Positions 44,550 to 64,000 of a stretch of 64,000 bases of DNA are shown here, one piece after another. The notes below the pieces were generated by a model. That model was not told where the DNA came from. It made no database searches and saw only the letters and a program-made list of their open reading frames with translations. This stretch comes from the human T2T-CHM13v2.0 reference genome, Homo sapiens. The translations under genes were made by a program, and so were the position numbers. Each line of letters begins with the position of its first letter. Position 1 is the stretch's first letter. The stretch lies in the NCBI RefSeq assembly GCF_009914755.1, contig NC_060927.1; one strand, 5' to 3'.

Positions 44550-44840
44550 ATTTAGTTTTGATACAGAATCTTGCTCTGTCCCCCAGGCTGGAGAGCAGTG
44601 GCATGACCTTGGCTCACTGCAACCTCCGCCTCCTGAGTTCAAGTGATTCTCGTGCCTCATCCTCCTGAGTAGCTTAGATTACAGGCATGTGCCACCAAGT
44701 GCAGCTAATTTTTTTATTTTTAGTAGAGATGGGGTTTTGCTATGTTGCCCAGGCTGGTCTGGAACTCCTGGTTCAAGTGATCTGCCTGCCACAGCTTCCC
44801 AAAGTGCTGGGATTACAGGCATGAGCCACCTCACCTGGCC
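44550..44840 (-). mobile_element. Alu (AluS/J) with the L1 inserted at its tail end
   Basis: Antisense dimer; TSD TGGGGTTTAT at 38383-38392 and 44841-44850. Confidence 0.9.
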
Positions 44841-45115
44841 TGGGGTTTATGTGTATAAATCAATATTACAGATGGAGGTATGCAGTATTACTATGAAATC
44901 ATTTTATCAAAACATTAAGTCTTAATTTTATCAAGTCACTAGCTCCAACTACCAAGATAAACAAAATATAGAGGAGATAAGAACATGTTAAACAACACCA
45001 TGGGGATGCAATCAACAAATCCAGACTGTAGATTTTATGAACTGAATTACATCCCTCAAAATTCATATATTAAAGCCCTAACCTGAAATGTGACTGTGTT
45101 TGGTGATAGGGGTTT

Positions 45116-45516
45116 TGTATTGGTCTGTTTTCACACTGCGATTTTATAAAGAACTACCAAGACTGGGTAATTTATGAAGAAAGAGGTTTGATTGACTCAC
45201 AGTTCTGTAGACTTAACAGGAAGCATGACTGGGAAGCCCCAGGAAACTTACGATCATGGTGGAAGGCAAAGGGGAAGCAGGCACGTCTTACCATAGTGGA
45301 GCAGGAGAGAGAGAGTGAGAGTGAGAGCGTGAAGGGGGATGTGCCACACACCTTCAAACAACCAGATTTCATGAGAACTCACTCACTATCAGGAGAACAG
45401 CAAGGGTGAGGTCCGTCCCCATGATTCAATTACTTCCCACTGGGCCCCTGCCCCAACATGTGGGGATTACAATTCGAGATGAGATTTGGATGGAGACACA
45501 GAGCCAAACCATATCA
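45116..45516 (-). mobile_element. THE1D/MSTA-like solo LTR
   Basis: TGTATTGGTCTGTTTTCACACTGC..GAGCCAAACCATATCA. Confidence 0.88.
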
Positions 45517-45835
45517 TCTTTTAAGAAGGTAATTAAGGTTAAATGGCATCATAAGGATGGAGACCTAAATCCAATAGGACTATTGTCTTTGTAAGAAGAG
45601 GGAGAGATATCAGAGCTTGCACCAGCCACCTCCCCCTTGCCTCACCAATCCCCCTTCTACCATGCACCCACAAAGAGAAGGCCATGTGAGAGCACAGTAA
45701 GGAGGGGCTGTCTATAAGTCAGGAAGAGAGGCCTCACGAGAAAGCAACCCTGCTGGCACCTTGCTCTTGGACTTTCAGCCTCCAGAGCTGTGGGAAAATA
45801 CATTTCTGCAGTTTAGACTACCCATTAGGTGGTAT

Positions 45836-46810
<975 letters not shown>

Positions 46811-46896
46811 TGTTTTGTTATGGCTGCCCAAGCAAACTAATACAGTAGGAAACTTTACAGGACTATCTAGCTTCTTTAACAAGTAAGTTGCACCTA

Positions 46897-48110
<1,214 letters not shown>

Positions 48111-48289
48111 TGATTTTATGAGAACTAGAAAATTATTTTCTCTCAAACTCAGAAATATCTAGAAATACCACTTATTTATGATTTATTGACAATAAAAGGA
48201 TTTTACAAGCAAGGGAGACCTTGCTAGGAAGGTTTGCTGGATATATAAAAGCTTCCATGAAAGCACATCCAAGAAGAGTTCTTGACATT

Positions 48290-48830
48290 AGCATTCAATA
48301 AATGTTTATTAAGCATCTACCACAGTGAGGTATATTCCTGGTGCTACCAACAAGATGGACACAGTCCTTGACCTCTCAGGGCCTAAAGTCTAGCAGAGCT
48401 GATTGACTAAAAGCAAGTAAGCTGATAGATTTTTAAAATATTTTTGAGTTATCATAAGTGTTATACCACTGACAAGGACTGAGATAGGCTCGTTTAGATG
48501 GGGGCTGAAAAGAAAAACCTTTCCACAGGAGTGTCATTTAAGCGGAGAGACACCTACAAGATGAGATAAAAGAGCCAGTCCTGGGGGCAGTGTAGAGAGA
48601 ATATTCAAGTGAGGAAACTGGACAAACTGATTGGGAGTTTGGTTTGTCAGAGGAACTGAAGAAAGCCAGTACGGCTGAGGTGTGATGACCTGAGGAAACA
48701 TGAAGTAAAATATCTGAGATGAGGTGAGAGACCTAGGTAGGGGCTAAATCATGCATCACCTTTTAGGCCACAGTGAGGAGCCTGGATTTTATCCTAGGAC
48801 CTATGAAATCCATTGGGGATTCTAAGAAAG
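48290..48830 (-). mobile_element. L2 3' fragment
   Basis: CATTCAATAAATGTTTATTAAGCATCTAC..AAAGCCAGTACGGCTG..GGATTTTATCCT. Confidence 0.7.
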
Positions 48831-49049
48831 GAGCTTGATTTGCCACAGGAGTAGAATGGAAGTTTGAGGAAGGTTGGCCTGAAAGAGAGAGCTTGAAGGA
48901 GCAGGGGAAGAGGGCATTAAGGCCCTGGAGCTCCCTCGAGGACTCATGAGATAGCAGTGGGATCTTCCAAGGTCACCCTGTGTCAGCAGCCTCAAGAGAT
49001 GGGGTCTCCCTGACTTGCCCAGTGCCCCGGCAGCTGGTTAAGTAGGAGG

Positions 49050-49530
49050 ATATTCTTGTAATTTGTTGTTGTGTAACAGACCATCCCAAAATTTAGTGGC
49101 TTAATGCCATAGACATTTCTCAGGAATCTGCAATTTGGACCTGAAGGGATGATTTGTCCCTGCTCCATGCCACATCTGGGGCCTCAGCTGGGATGATGGA
49201 AATGGCTGAGGCTGGCACAGCCAAGGGCTAGTTGGGCCTCTCACTCTCTCTTCGTGTAGTCTCAGGGCCACTCTGTGAGGTTTCTTGTGTAGTCTTTCCA
49301 GGGCGATAGCCTCAGGTGAGTTGGACGTCTCATGTCACAATTCAGAGCTGCAAAAGCAGGTGCTCCCACAGAACACAGTGGATGTTTCAAGGACATTTGG
49401 ATCTAACTCTAGAGTTACACAGTCTACTTCTACCTGATTCTATTTGTCACATGGGGCCAGCTCTAATTCTTTATGGAAAGGGACCACCTCAGGGCATGAT
49501 CATTGACAGCAGCTTGGAAGCTGGCTAACA
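49050..49530 (-). mobile_element. MLT1-family LTR
   Basis: TGTAACAGACCATCCCAAAATTTAGTGGCTTAA..CTGGGGCCTCAGCTGGG. Confidence 0.65.
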
Positions 49531-49608
49531 AGAGTTTCTACATTTGTATACACTGAATGTGGGGCTCCCAAAGGGACATACTCAGAGAAACAAAGATGAT
49601 CGTGGTTA

Positions 49609-50296
49609 TATTACCCCTGTGGGAGAGATCTGATTTACCCTGGCGGCGAATCCGTATGGGTCTGCAGCAACTTCAATTCTTGCCTACTCAGAAGAAAGAA
49701 TTCGACTGAGGGGCATAAGATGGAAAAAGAGACTGAGACAAGTTCCAGAGCAAAAGTGGAAGTTTATTTAAAAGGCCTTAGAACAAGAAAGAAAGGAAAG
49801 TTCACTTGGAAGAGATCTAAGAGGGCATGTAAAGGTTAAAGAGAGAGAAGGTCAACTGCCCCCTTTAACCACGGTCCTAGGACTTTTATAGGCTTGCCTC
49901 TTTCCCATGATTCTTCCCTCATGGTGGGCTGCTCACATGTGCAGAGCCCTCCTTACCCTTGGGAAGTGAGCATGTGCAGTGAGTTTAGAAGGCTGAACAT
50001 GTGCCCGTCTGAGGCTTTCTTCCTTTTTCCTGTGGAGTGTTCCCAGACAATCATACTTTGCCATTTTCGCCTGTTAATGTGCATGCGCAGGAAGATGCTT
50101 CTCCCGGGGGTCTGCCTTTAATTAAGCCTTTCATGTTAACAGGTGTGAACCATCAAGAAATGGCCCCTCCCTGGCACTGGCTGCCAATTTATCACTTTTA
50201 GAGAGGCAATGTGATAATGGCCGAACCATCACCTGACATTTCTAGTAGATCAGGGGAGAGAGCCCGCTCCTGCCTGGCTCATGCCTACCTGTAACA
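49609..50296 (-). mobile_element. MER50-like ERV1 solo LTR
   Basis: GGCGGCGAATCCGTATGGGTCTGCAGCAAC..AGAAGAAAGAATTCGACTGAGGGGCATAAG; ends CCTGTAACA; 4-bp TSD GTTA/GTTG. Confidence 0.85.
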
Positions 50297-51691
50297 GTTG
50301 GGCCAACTCTTAGCCTTCCATTTTGCAGAGTGGATTGCCGCAATTTGAAAAGAGCTGAAGTACCAGGGACAGCAGACAGGATTTCAGAGGCTATTAGGGA
50401 AGACATGATAAGAGCTGAGAGGGCTGACCGAAGAGGATTCTGAAGGGAACCAAGATAACTAATGAGGAATCTGAGAAGTCTTTGCTTTGTGGTGTATGAA
50501 GTCAATCCCCTTTCCCTTCCCTTCACGAAAATCTTCAGTAAATTGCTATTTTGTTAACACATTGTGGATCTGTTTTGAGGGATCCATCAAATGCTGAGTT
50601 CTGTTTTCAGGAAGGTTTGGGATGAGAACAGATACTGCCCAAGGGAGCCACACTTGGCATACTAGCGAACAAAGGAAAAACTAAATAATGAATGGATGGA
50701 TAAATGGATCCTAGAATTCCTATAACCTTCCACTGGCTAATCATAACCCCTGGCAAACCTGGAATTACTTCTATCTAGCCTCCAGACAAATTCTGGAACT
50801 GGCCATTTCTGATCTCTTTCTATCCCAACTTCCCTTTTGCTTGTTTTTTCCCACTATCACATTGTGAATTTGGGAGTTGAAATAGTTTCTGTAGTATCAA
50901 CTCTCTGTTTACTTACTCTTTAACTCTTTGACGTGTATTGAGTGCTGTGTCAGATGCAGTGCTATGTGCAGTGAAGAATTCTGCGAAAAAGTGGAACTCA
51001 TAGCCAGAGGTAAAGCTGGAAGAAGCAGTGCCACAGACAAGGCAAGAATCAAATGCTATAACTGTTCAGAGTTGGGGTGTCACTGAGGACAGTGGAGGGT
51101 AGAAGGTTGTGAAAAGCTTCACAGAAATGGTGGGCATCTAAGCCAAACCTTAAATAAAGAGTGACATTTACACATGAAGAGATAAAGATTGGGGGTTTTG
51201 AGATGGAGTAAGGAAGTAATCCCTGGCCAACCCACTCAGTCTTCCCCATCAAGGTGCTGCTGACTTGTATCTATGCCCTCTTGGATCTTTCCTTAGTGCT
51301 TTCCTGGCCGCAAAGGCAGCTAGCTGCATTGGTATTTTAATAAAAATGGCTGCAGGCTTCTCCATCCACATATCCCTCAAGGTTCCTTATCAACTATAAT
51401 CTGGGAACAGCTCTCCTGCTGAAACAGTGAGTAGAATGAATGGCACTAGTAGAGGCCTGGGATATGAGGAGGGAAACTGAGGTCCAGAGAAAGAACACCG
51501 ATGCTGTGTTTACTTATCTGTTCTCAACAAATAAATATATTCATGTGTGTGTATGTTTGTTTCCCCACCTAGACTATGAGCTCCTCAAGGGCATGAACTG
51601 AGTCTCACCCATCTCAGTACACTCAGCATAGAGTGTGGTATATTGTAAGTGTTCATATTTGGTAGCTGAAATAGCATTCTAGAGCTTAAGG

Positions 51692-51877
51692 CAGTGATTC
51701 TGGAAGTATGATCCTTGGACCTATGGCATGAGCTGGGAACTTGGTGGAAATGCAAATTCATGGGGCCTCATCCCAGACCTACTGAATTAGAAATTATGGA
51801 GACAGAGTCCAGCAGCCTGTGTTTTAACAAGCCCTCCAGGAGATTCTGATGCAGGTTAAAGTTTGAGAATCATTGCT
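51692..51877. mobile_element. MER5A
   Basis: CAGTGATTCT..CCCAGACCTACTGAAT..AAGTTTGAGAATCATTG. Confidence 0.8.
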
Positions 51878-53529
51878 TTAGGATATTTGAGCCTAGACTA
51901 AGACTTGCTCTGGCCTCCTTTGGGACTTCAAGAACTAAGCTTCTTTTTATCTTATAACAGACACATCCTTATTTTATTCTTTTATCCCCTGCCCCTTAAC
52001 AAAAGAAAAGTGACAGAAGGAGAAAAGAAAAAAAATATCATAAAGGTATTGCCAGTGACCAGGGAAAATAAGTAAGTAATGGCAAGTTTCTTTCCTTCCT
52101 GAAAAAAACAGAAACTTTGCCTGTAAAAAATATATTCAATTATTTTTAAAAGACTTTTTATAGAATAGGAAGAGAGCAAATAAAAATGTATATATATATT
52201 AAAAAAGCACTTTGGTTTTATGTGAAAGTGTTACTCCTCCCAGACAAAACCACATGCTCATTCTCCTTGTCAATCTCCATTGTCATCACTGATAATTCCC
52301 AGAAGCCGCCACCAGAATGTTTCTTTCTGGAGTGGAGAATCTTGTAAAATTCATTATTTTCTTGGGCACTCACAATGCTCCCAGACCTATGGGACAGTCA
52401 GAATTGATGGGATCCTCTGCCCTGTGCATGCTTGTACCTGGCAGATAAGGACAACAAAGAATATTTGTGTATATCCATACAGGATCAATCCCCATGTAAC
52501 CTGGATCCTCACTATGTGGTCAATACTGAGTCTGGCTTTATACCAGCATACATATATAGTTGTGATTTTATTCATATCCTCAAGGAACCCAAAATCTATT
52601 GGGATGGTGTGATAAATACATACAAAATTGACTTCACTGTAAGATCAGGGCTTTTCGAGTTTACACAGTGTTTTCACATACAGTTTCATTTGATCCTTAG
52701 AGCAGTTCCTGGGAGCAGTACATGATGGCTGCAGCAAAGTGAGTCCCAAACTTGGATCTATAGAATGAGCTTGTTATAATCTAAAAGGAACTCTTCCTGA
52801 CTTATGATTGTTCACTGGGTGGCTAAAGAGGTGAGTGTAGTCTCAGGAAGGCAAGAGAGGATTGTGACTATATCTAAGAGAGCTTAATCCAATCAGTTAC
52901 ACAAGACATGATTTGAAGGGGGAAAAAAAGAATGTTTATGCAATGTGTCCTTTTAACTGACCCCCACTTGGGGAATTATTACAATAGTGTTTAATTTATA
53001 GGAGACAATATTTACTGCCTCTTCCAATGCTTCTAGTGAAAGCATACGTCAAAGAGGGTGGAAGGGATCTAACAGTGTTAGTATATCTGCCAATTTTCGA
53101 GTGTTGGCAACAGACTCAAAAAGTTTTAATACACCACATTGTCCAAATGAAACCACCAATTTGCAACCCATACTCTAGAATTGATAATGAAGAAGAAGAC
53201 ATTCTGAAAGAAGACTAGCCAGTTTAGCAGATGTGCTGTTTTCTCTGTAAAATATACTGATGAATATCCACATCCCTAAAATCTTCTGATAGTCCAGTCT
53301 CTTCTATGCTCAGCACTTCTGCTCTGACCAATTATGTTATGTGCTTTCTTCCTAGAGTCAGTTGAGTTCGTTCCCAAACCTGCTTATGCCAGTTGTACTA
53401 TTGTATAATTATACAGCTAAATAAAATACTAGGCCAACCAATTAAATAATAGGTGCAAAAAATGAGTTCTTCCTTTTATGAAAATTAAGTTGGATGCTAT
53501 GAAAAGACTTGACAAAAGTGTTTTGATTA

Positions 53530-53979
<450 letters not shown>

Positions 53980-54089
53980 TCAATAACTGGAAATTTTAGA
54001 TGATACCTTATTGGTGGGCTTTATGTAAGAGAAATGAGGTCAATTTTAAAGAAAAGGCCTTAGCCCTATATTTAAAAATTGTCAATTAA

Positions 54090-54411
<322 letters not shown>

Positions 54412-54498
54412 CTAAAATATTAAACATATTCTTTTTTACGATTTCCTCATTTTTTCCAATTAACTTTTTTTGAATTTAGTTTTAAAAGTTCTGTTGAC

Positions 54499-54889
<391 letters not shown>

Positions 54890-54967
54890 TCAAGAGAATA
54901 AAAAGTTGGTGGTGTTCTCCAGTGCTGACTTGAATAACTGTCCCTTGGAGCTCTCTCTAGTGGAGGG

Positions 54968-55017
54968 TGTGGTTGTTTGAGTTCAATGACGTCATGCCAT
55001 TGATGTCATTGACCACA
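54968..55017. promoter_or_regulatory. Candidate enhancer motif cluster (RUNX, CRE, CRE-like, RUNX)
   Basis: TGTGGTT at 54968, ATGACGTCAT at 54986-54995, TGATGTCA at 55001, GACCACA at 55011. Motif match only. Confidence 0.35.
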
Positions 55018-55852
55018 ATGCTTTGTGTGAACCCTGAAATACAGAGGTACTAACATCAGGTAGCACAGTAGGCAGCTGCACCAAGGGGAGTTAAGCATGC
55101 CTTCTATGATACTTCAACAGCTAACAGCAATGAAAATTACTGATTATTGGTGTTTATCATGTATGAGTTTAATTAATTGAATGCATTTAAAATGCATTTA
55201 GTTTTTACAGCAAACTTATAAAGAAATTGAGGCTTGAAGATGTGAGGCAATTTACCCAAGGTCATATAACTAGTAAGTTGGAGAGACCAGAATTCAAATT
55301 CAGATTTAGCCTGGCTCCAAAGTCCTTGCCATTGACCACCTTGAGCATGTATCTCTCAGTTATAGTAACCACCTGTTGAGTGTAGTAGCCACTTGTCTTG
55401 TATTTGGCACAACACTAAATGCTTCATATACTTAAACACACTAACACGTGATTATATTTCATTAAGTGCGTATAGGGTGTTCTAGAACACTTTGAATATC
55501 TCTTGGTTACAGCTGATTCTTTATTCGTTGGTTAGAATAGCATGATGGAGATGCAAGGATTTGATCTTAGCCAATGTATTTTGTAAGTTACCAAATTTTA
55601 GAGAGACAATGTGATATAGGGCAAAAATGTGGTCTTTGTAGTAAGACTGCTCTGTTTGCATCTTGGCTTTGCCACTTTCTGGTGAAGTAGCCTTTATAAA
55701 TCATGTTACTTCTCTGGGCCTCAGAGCTCTCATCTGTAATAATGAGTATGATGGTATTTACTTTGCAGAGTTCTTGTGGAAACAAAAGATGATACTTCTA
55801 AGGTCTAGTGAAGCTTTTGGATCATTATAGGAACTCAATAAATGAAAATTTC

Positions 55853-56149
55853 AGCCAGGCACAGTGGCTCACACCTGTAATCCCAACACTTTGGGAGGCC
55901 AGGGTGGGTGGATCATTTAAGGTCAGGAGTTCAAGACCAGCCTGGCCAACATGGCAAAACCCCATCTCTACTAAAGATACAAAAATTAGCTGGGCGTGGT
56001 GGTATGTGCCTGTAATTCCACCTACTGGGGAGGTTGAGGCACAACAATCGCTTGAACCTGAGAGGCAGAGATTGCAGTGAGCCGAGGTCATGCCTCTGCA
56101 CTCAAGCCTGAGTGATGGAGTGAGACTCTGTCTTAAATAAATAAATAAA
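55853..56149 (+). mobile_element. Alu (AluS) at the end of a MIR
   Basis: Dimer with (TAAA)n tail; TSD AATAAATGAA(A/C)ATTT. Confidence 0.93.
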
Positions 56150-56269
56150 TGAACATTTTAAATGTGTGATACATTGCATGGCTCATTGGGGGCATTTGAG
56201 AAATGGTAACCATTATGGTTAACACCTGTGTTGTAATTGTTTGTTGACTTTTTCCCTCACTTGATTGAT

Positions 56270-56900
56270 TGATTCATTCATTCAACAAATATTTATTCAC
56301 CACCCACTGTATGCAGGCACAGAGGTTAAGTGGGACATAAAATAGTGTAATTAGCTAAACATGTTTTTGTCCTCGAGTTTACCTTCCATTGAGGAAGACA
56401 GAAAATAAAAAATGTATTAATATATAAAACGTTGACAGTGTTGTAAGGAAACCCAGGATGTGCTGACTTGGGAAAGTGGGTTGGGTAAGTGGACCCAACT
56501 GAAATAAGTGGTTGGAAAAGCCTCCCCTGAGGAGGTAACATTTAAGCTGATATCCAAAGGATGGGAAGCGTGGGATAAGCTTCCCAGGAAGAAGGCAGCC
56601 TGGAGTCCTGACGACTGGAGAAGTGGTCTGTGTGGAGGGAGGAGGAGCATAATAGAGCAGAAAGGAAAGTTGGAGACAGACAGGGACTAGATCTTGTGGG
56701 GCTTTGCAGGCCATGGTAAGAGGATAGGATTTTACTCTGAAACTCTGCTCTATAGAGTTGTGAGTGAGGAATGATGGTGCCTTGGACTAGAGTGAGCAGC
56801 AGAGGTGGAGAAGTGGATAACTCTCAGGCACATTTTAAGATTGTGCACAACTCAAGGGCAGGAACTGACTCCGATTTAATTTGGGGTCACAATGAGTAGT
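56270..56900 (-). mobile_element. L2 3' fragment
   Basis: TTCATTCATTCAACAAATATTTATT..GAGGAGGTAACATTTAAGCTGA..GGCCATGGTAAG. Confidence 0.75.
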
Positions 56901-58251
56901 GAGGTGCTTACATTGTGGCCATTCAATAAGTGTTCTTGAAATTAGATAGTAGAAATTAGTTATTCTATGATAAGACCAATTATCTGTGCTATCATATAAG
57001 CTTCCAGTATAATATAAACTTAAGTGTGTGGGCTTGGAGTTTGGCAGACTCCCACTTACTGGTTGTGTAACTCTATGTTTTATTTTCTTCATCTGTAAAT
57101 TAAAGATATTTGTTGACAAAGATGAATTGACATGATGCACCTAAAATGCTTTAAAATGTGTCTGGTACATGTAAAACATTCTTCACCTTAATTGAAATTC
57201 AGGCAGGTCTCCCTTTCAGTACACACTAACTTGTAGCACTTGGGAGTACAATTTGCTCATTTTCCCTTTTCATATTTGCCATGGAGTCTAGGAGCATTTT
57301 ATAAAAATCAGTCTCCTGTCAATTCTAAGTCATTGCTCCTCCTCCCTCATAAAAATAAGCAAGATAAACAAGTGAGAGAATACTTCTCCTTTCAAGCAAA
57401 TACCATGTGAACATAGAAACCTCTACTCTTCCTGGCCATTTCATATTCTTCCTGATAATGCACACACATATTTTATGACCTAACTCCTCTTTTCTTTTAA
57501 TTAGTTTTGCTGAATAAAGCAGGCAATTTATGCTACATGGCTGGCTCCTTCCTGAAGATGCTCAAATAATTTATTTTGAGGAATCTGGCCTCTGTAATGT
57601 TAAAGCAAGTAAATTATGAACACTATAAGGTGTCATGATAATGATAATTACAGTTTATTGAGGCTACTCTGTGCCGGGCACTTTACTAAGCACTTTATAT
57701 ATCCTGTTTGATTACTTTACTTCAATTGTATGAGGTATATAAAGAGTTATCAGATATCCCTAAAAACTCTAAGCCAACATAGGAATAAAGGTATGACTTC
57801 CATACATTGATTGAAGCACACCTGGAAAGAAACTGTAGGAAAGAGGGATGAAAAAAAAATTAAACCAGTGGAGCAGAATAGATTCCCAGAAGCAGCCCCA
57901 TACATGAAATGGGAACTTTATATGCAATAGATCTGGCATTGTAGATTGGTGGAAAAAGAGGGCCCATTAAATAATTGATGTTAAGAAAATCAGATGTCCA
58001 TATGAAAAAATTGGTCCTATCTTACACCTTACCAATAATCAATTCTAGGTAAACCAAATAACCTGAGTGTGAAAAACAAAACTTCAGAATTTTAGAAGAA
58101 AATATAAGAGAATATGTGTCTGACGTCAGTGTAGGAAATAGTTTCCTAAACAAAGAACAAAAAGTGCAAAACATGAAGGAAAGTATTGTCAAATTTAGCT
58201 CTATTAAAATCAAGAACTTGTGTTTATTGAAAGCTGGCAGAAAGAATGTGA

Positions 58252-58687
<436 letters not shown>

Positions 58688-58891
58688 TAACACGTGCATG
58701 TATCATATACAACAAATATATTAAAAGTCAATAAGAAAAAGTCAGTAGAAAAAATACACAAAGGGCATTGCACAGAAGAGAACCAAGGATGTCCAATAAA
58801 CAATAGGCAAACATGCTGAAGCTCATTTATAATTAGGACAATGCATGTTAAACCAGGATGACAGACTACTTTATATCCCTAAAATTGATAA

Positions 58892-59188
<297 letters not shown>

Positions 59189-60248
59189 TGATAAGATATT
59201 AAAAAAAAAAATGTTGGTGAAGCTGTGGAATAACAGAAACTCTTATACACTGTTGGTGGGAGTATAAATTATTTCAACCACTTTTGAAAGTAATTTGGTA
59301 TTGTGTAATCAAGTTGAGTATAGGCATAATATGTTCCATGAGCCAGCAATTCCTAGGGATGTGTGTGTACATGCACAAATGCATGCATGCACACACACAG
59401 ACCCCTTAGACCAACTCTTGCCCATGTGTAACATGAGCCATGGGCAAAAATGGTCATAATAACTTTTTTTTTGTAGTAACAAAACAATAAGAAACAATTT
59501 AGAAGGCTATTGATAGGAGAATGGATAATTTTTGCTATACTTATTCAATGAATACCTTGCTTCACTGAAAGTGAATGAACTTCAGCTATGTGTATCAATA
59601 TGAATGAGTCTTTCAAACAAAATGCCGGGTGAAAAAATCCTTACAGAAAATATATACAATGTAACATTTATATAAAGTGTAAAAACAGGTAAAATGGAAC
59701 CATTTATTGTTTAAGATGTGTGGCAAAAGTAATGGGATGATAAAACAAAATTACTTTTGGGAGAAGAGAAGGCAGGAGAATGGCACAGAGGAGGGGCATA
59801 GAGGGGATTTCAAAAGAACTGATATCATTATCGTTCTTGCTTATATCTGGGGGGTTCATATTGTTATTGTTAATACTTTATACATTTTATACACTGTTGT
59901 AAGTATGAAATGAGGAAGAAAAATGGAGATAAGAGATGAGAAGATGACTGGAATGAATGGCTATATAGGTAATAACCCAAAGAAGCAATCAATATCTTTT
60001 GAAGATACCAGCCAAATATTCACTTTTATCTTCTCTATAACCCTTTCTCATTCCTTCTGCTTTCCTCTACCAAAAACAAAAACAAAAAAGGAAATCAAAT
60101 AAATAAATAACATATAATAAGGGTAGAATCAATTATTTAAAAAGCAAATAAAATTCTGATCTATAAAATCAAGATAACCAAATAGAAGATGCCCTTCTGA
60201 AGGCTGAGGGAAATGTTCTGCTGTGACATTGACTCTTCATAGCCAGGT

Positions 60249-60969
<721 letters not shown>

Positions 60970-61445
60970 CAGGTATACCCTGTACTGTATGATATGAACA
61001 TCAGGCAGTGATAGTCTGCTGAAATGTAGTTATATAGAGAGAAACCTTGGAGTAAGAGTCTTGAAGAGCTTGTTGTTTAACCCTCAGAGTGTTTTTGCTC
61101 AGAATAACTCGGAATAGCTGGCTACAAAGTCTGGAGTCTCTCTGTGCAGCATGCAGATACCTATGCGTTCATCCATTTATCCATCCTTTATCTTTCCTCC
61201 AGCATTCATTGAGTTTGCCCTTTATGGCAGGGATAAGGAGGTGCTAGAGATGACAAAAAGAAAAGGCAGAGCTAATTACCCTGCAGGATGATGGTGTGAG
61301 ATTGGAGTCAGGTCTCCAGCAGAGTTGGGGGCATGAGGTCACAGGGGGTTAGCTCTGCCTGCTGAGAGGTAACAGAGGGCTTCATCACTGACCAGATGAC
61401 TCTGTGCCCTGATGTGTCTTGAAAGACAGAGAAAAAGCTTTCAGA

Positions 61446-62760
<1,315 letters not shown>

Positions 62761-62769
62761 ATAATACCA

Positions 62770-63196
62770 GTAGACCTAAAAGGAAGAAGCTAAGGCAAAA
62801 TTACTATAGAGAGTTTATTTGGGCCAAGTTTGAAGACTGCACCCCAGGACATACTTCCAGGTTGCCTTGGAGAGTGCTCTGGGGAACATAGGAGAGGCTC
62901 AAGTTTTTAAAGATAAAAGGAACAAATCAAGAGAGTGGGTAATTCTTCAGGAATTCTCATTGGTTTACAGAAATAACATTTGTTAGTGATTGGCTATACC
63001 TTGTTGAACTGTAGGATGTATGGCGCTTTATGGCTACTTGGCATTATTCTAGAGCCTGCATAGCAAATGGCTTCAAAAGGTAATTATCTAGCTCAAGGAG
63101 GAGTGAGACATGACTACTGTTACGTCTTCAATGCCTCTCTGGGCCTGATAATTTAAAGGGGCCCACATGCCTCAGATAAAAAGCTTTTTTTTCTCA
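62770..63196 (-). mobile_element. MER31-like ERV1 LTR
   Basis: GACCTAAAAGGAAGAAGCTAAGGCAAAATTA..GAGAGTTTATTTGGGCCAAG. Confidence 0.75.
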
Positions 63197-63454
63197 TATG
63201 AATATTTCAAATTGTTCCTTTGCTTGGGAACCTGGAGGTGTTTTCACCCTGAGGTAACAACGCACCACTGTAAGATGTGGGATGGAAGAGAGAAGAGCCT
63301 TTCTTCTGTAAAGTGGGAAGAAATCCATTGTAAAAGGGCAACTTACAGCTTGACCTCACTGTCTCTTAGATTTTAGGAAAGAGTACAAATAGGCTTTGAG
63401 GATCTGGAAATTGATTTCCTTAAAACAACTCAAGATTCCACATGTAAAGTTTTC

Positions 63455-63612
63455 CAGATTGTTGCTACTTTTAGCGTGGTCTGTGGGCCAGCAACATTGG
63501 CATACCTGGGAGCTGTTAGAAATGCAGAATCTCAGCCCCAGCCTAGACCTCCTAAAGCTGAATCTGCAAAATCCCAGGGCGATTCACTAGCACATTAAAG
63601 TCCAGATTGCTG
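63455..63612. mobile_element. MER5A fragment
   Basis: CCTGGGAGCTGTTAGAAATGCAGAATCTCAG..GAATCTGCA. Confidence 0.7.
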
Positions 63613-64000
63613 CCACTTCCTTCCCCTCAAAACCTTGTAGTGCACACATTGGCTGTTATGCAGTTTCCTTCCCAGTGTAGGAGTCATTTACATACCTCTT
63701 GAGCAGCCTCTGCTCATAATTTTGGCTTTGGTTCTCCAAGAAGTCACTTGGTTTAGTTTCCAGCAGTCTGTGAGGCCTACTGGGCTGGGCTTTCTGACTC
63801 TGCAAATAATTTAAACACTGTTTATCGTGGTCCCTAAGGAACCCTCAGTAAGTGGTAGCTGATAGTTATCATTTTCCTCTCACTAATGGTCAGATTTGAG
63901 TAAGAGATCCTTTTTCCTCCTTGAGTGTCACTCGAGCCTGTGATTTTGAATTACTGGATGTTAAGATTGGCAAGACCTGTGTGTGTCATGGAGAGGTTTC

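Noticed and set aside
52280-52725. Overlapping 110-aa and 97-aa ORFs
   Set aside because: No recognisable domain, non-ATG or weak starts, and part of the region resembles L2/MIR remnants.

Overview
This is primate (human-like) nuclear DNA, intergenic or deep intronic and dominated by repeats. I find no intact host exon, RNA gene or CRISPR array. The main contents are: (1) a full-length, disabled IMPDH1 processed pseudogene (9087-11505, +) with a 13-bp TSD; (2) a full-length, frameshifted L1PA3/4-type LINE-1 (about 38403-44537, -) inserted into the tail end of an Alu; (3) about 30 Alu-family SINEs, including a FAM; and (4) many MaLR/ERVL/ERV1 LTRs, old L1M and L2 fragments, MIRs and Tigger/Charlie DNA transposons, often deeply nested. 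The most unusual object is a provirus-like element (16942-19550) with an MLT2 (ERVL)-type 5' LTR, a MaLR-type internal region and an MLT1A-type 3' LTR, all inside one perfect ACTTC TSD, with the junction at the primer-binding site. Other leads are a young VNTR that multiplies an LTR poly(A) signal, local templated duplications at 4.7-7.1 kb, and a RUNX-CRE-CRE-RUNX motif cluster. Repeat subfamily names come from recalled consensus sequences and need RepeatMasker/Dfam confirmation. Most short ORFs in the track are repeat-derived noise.
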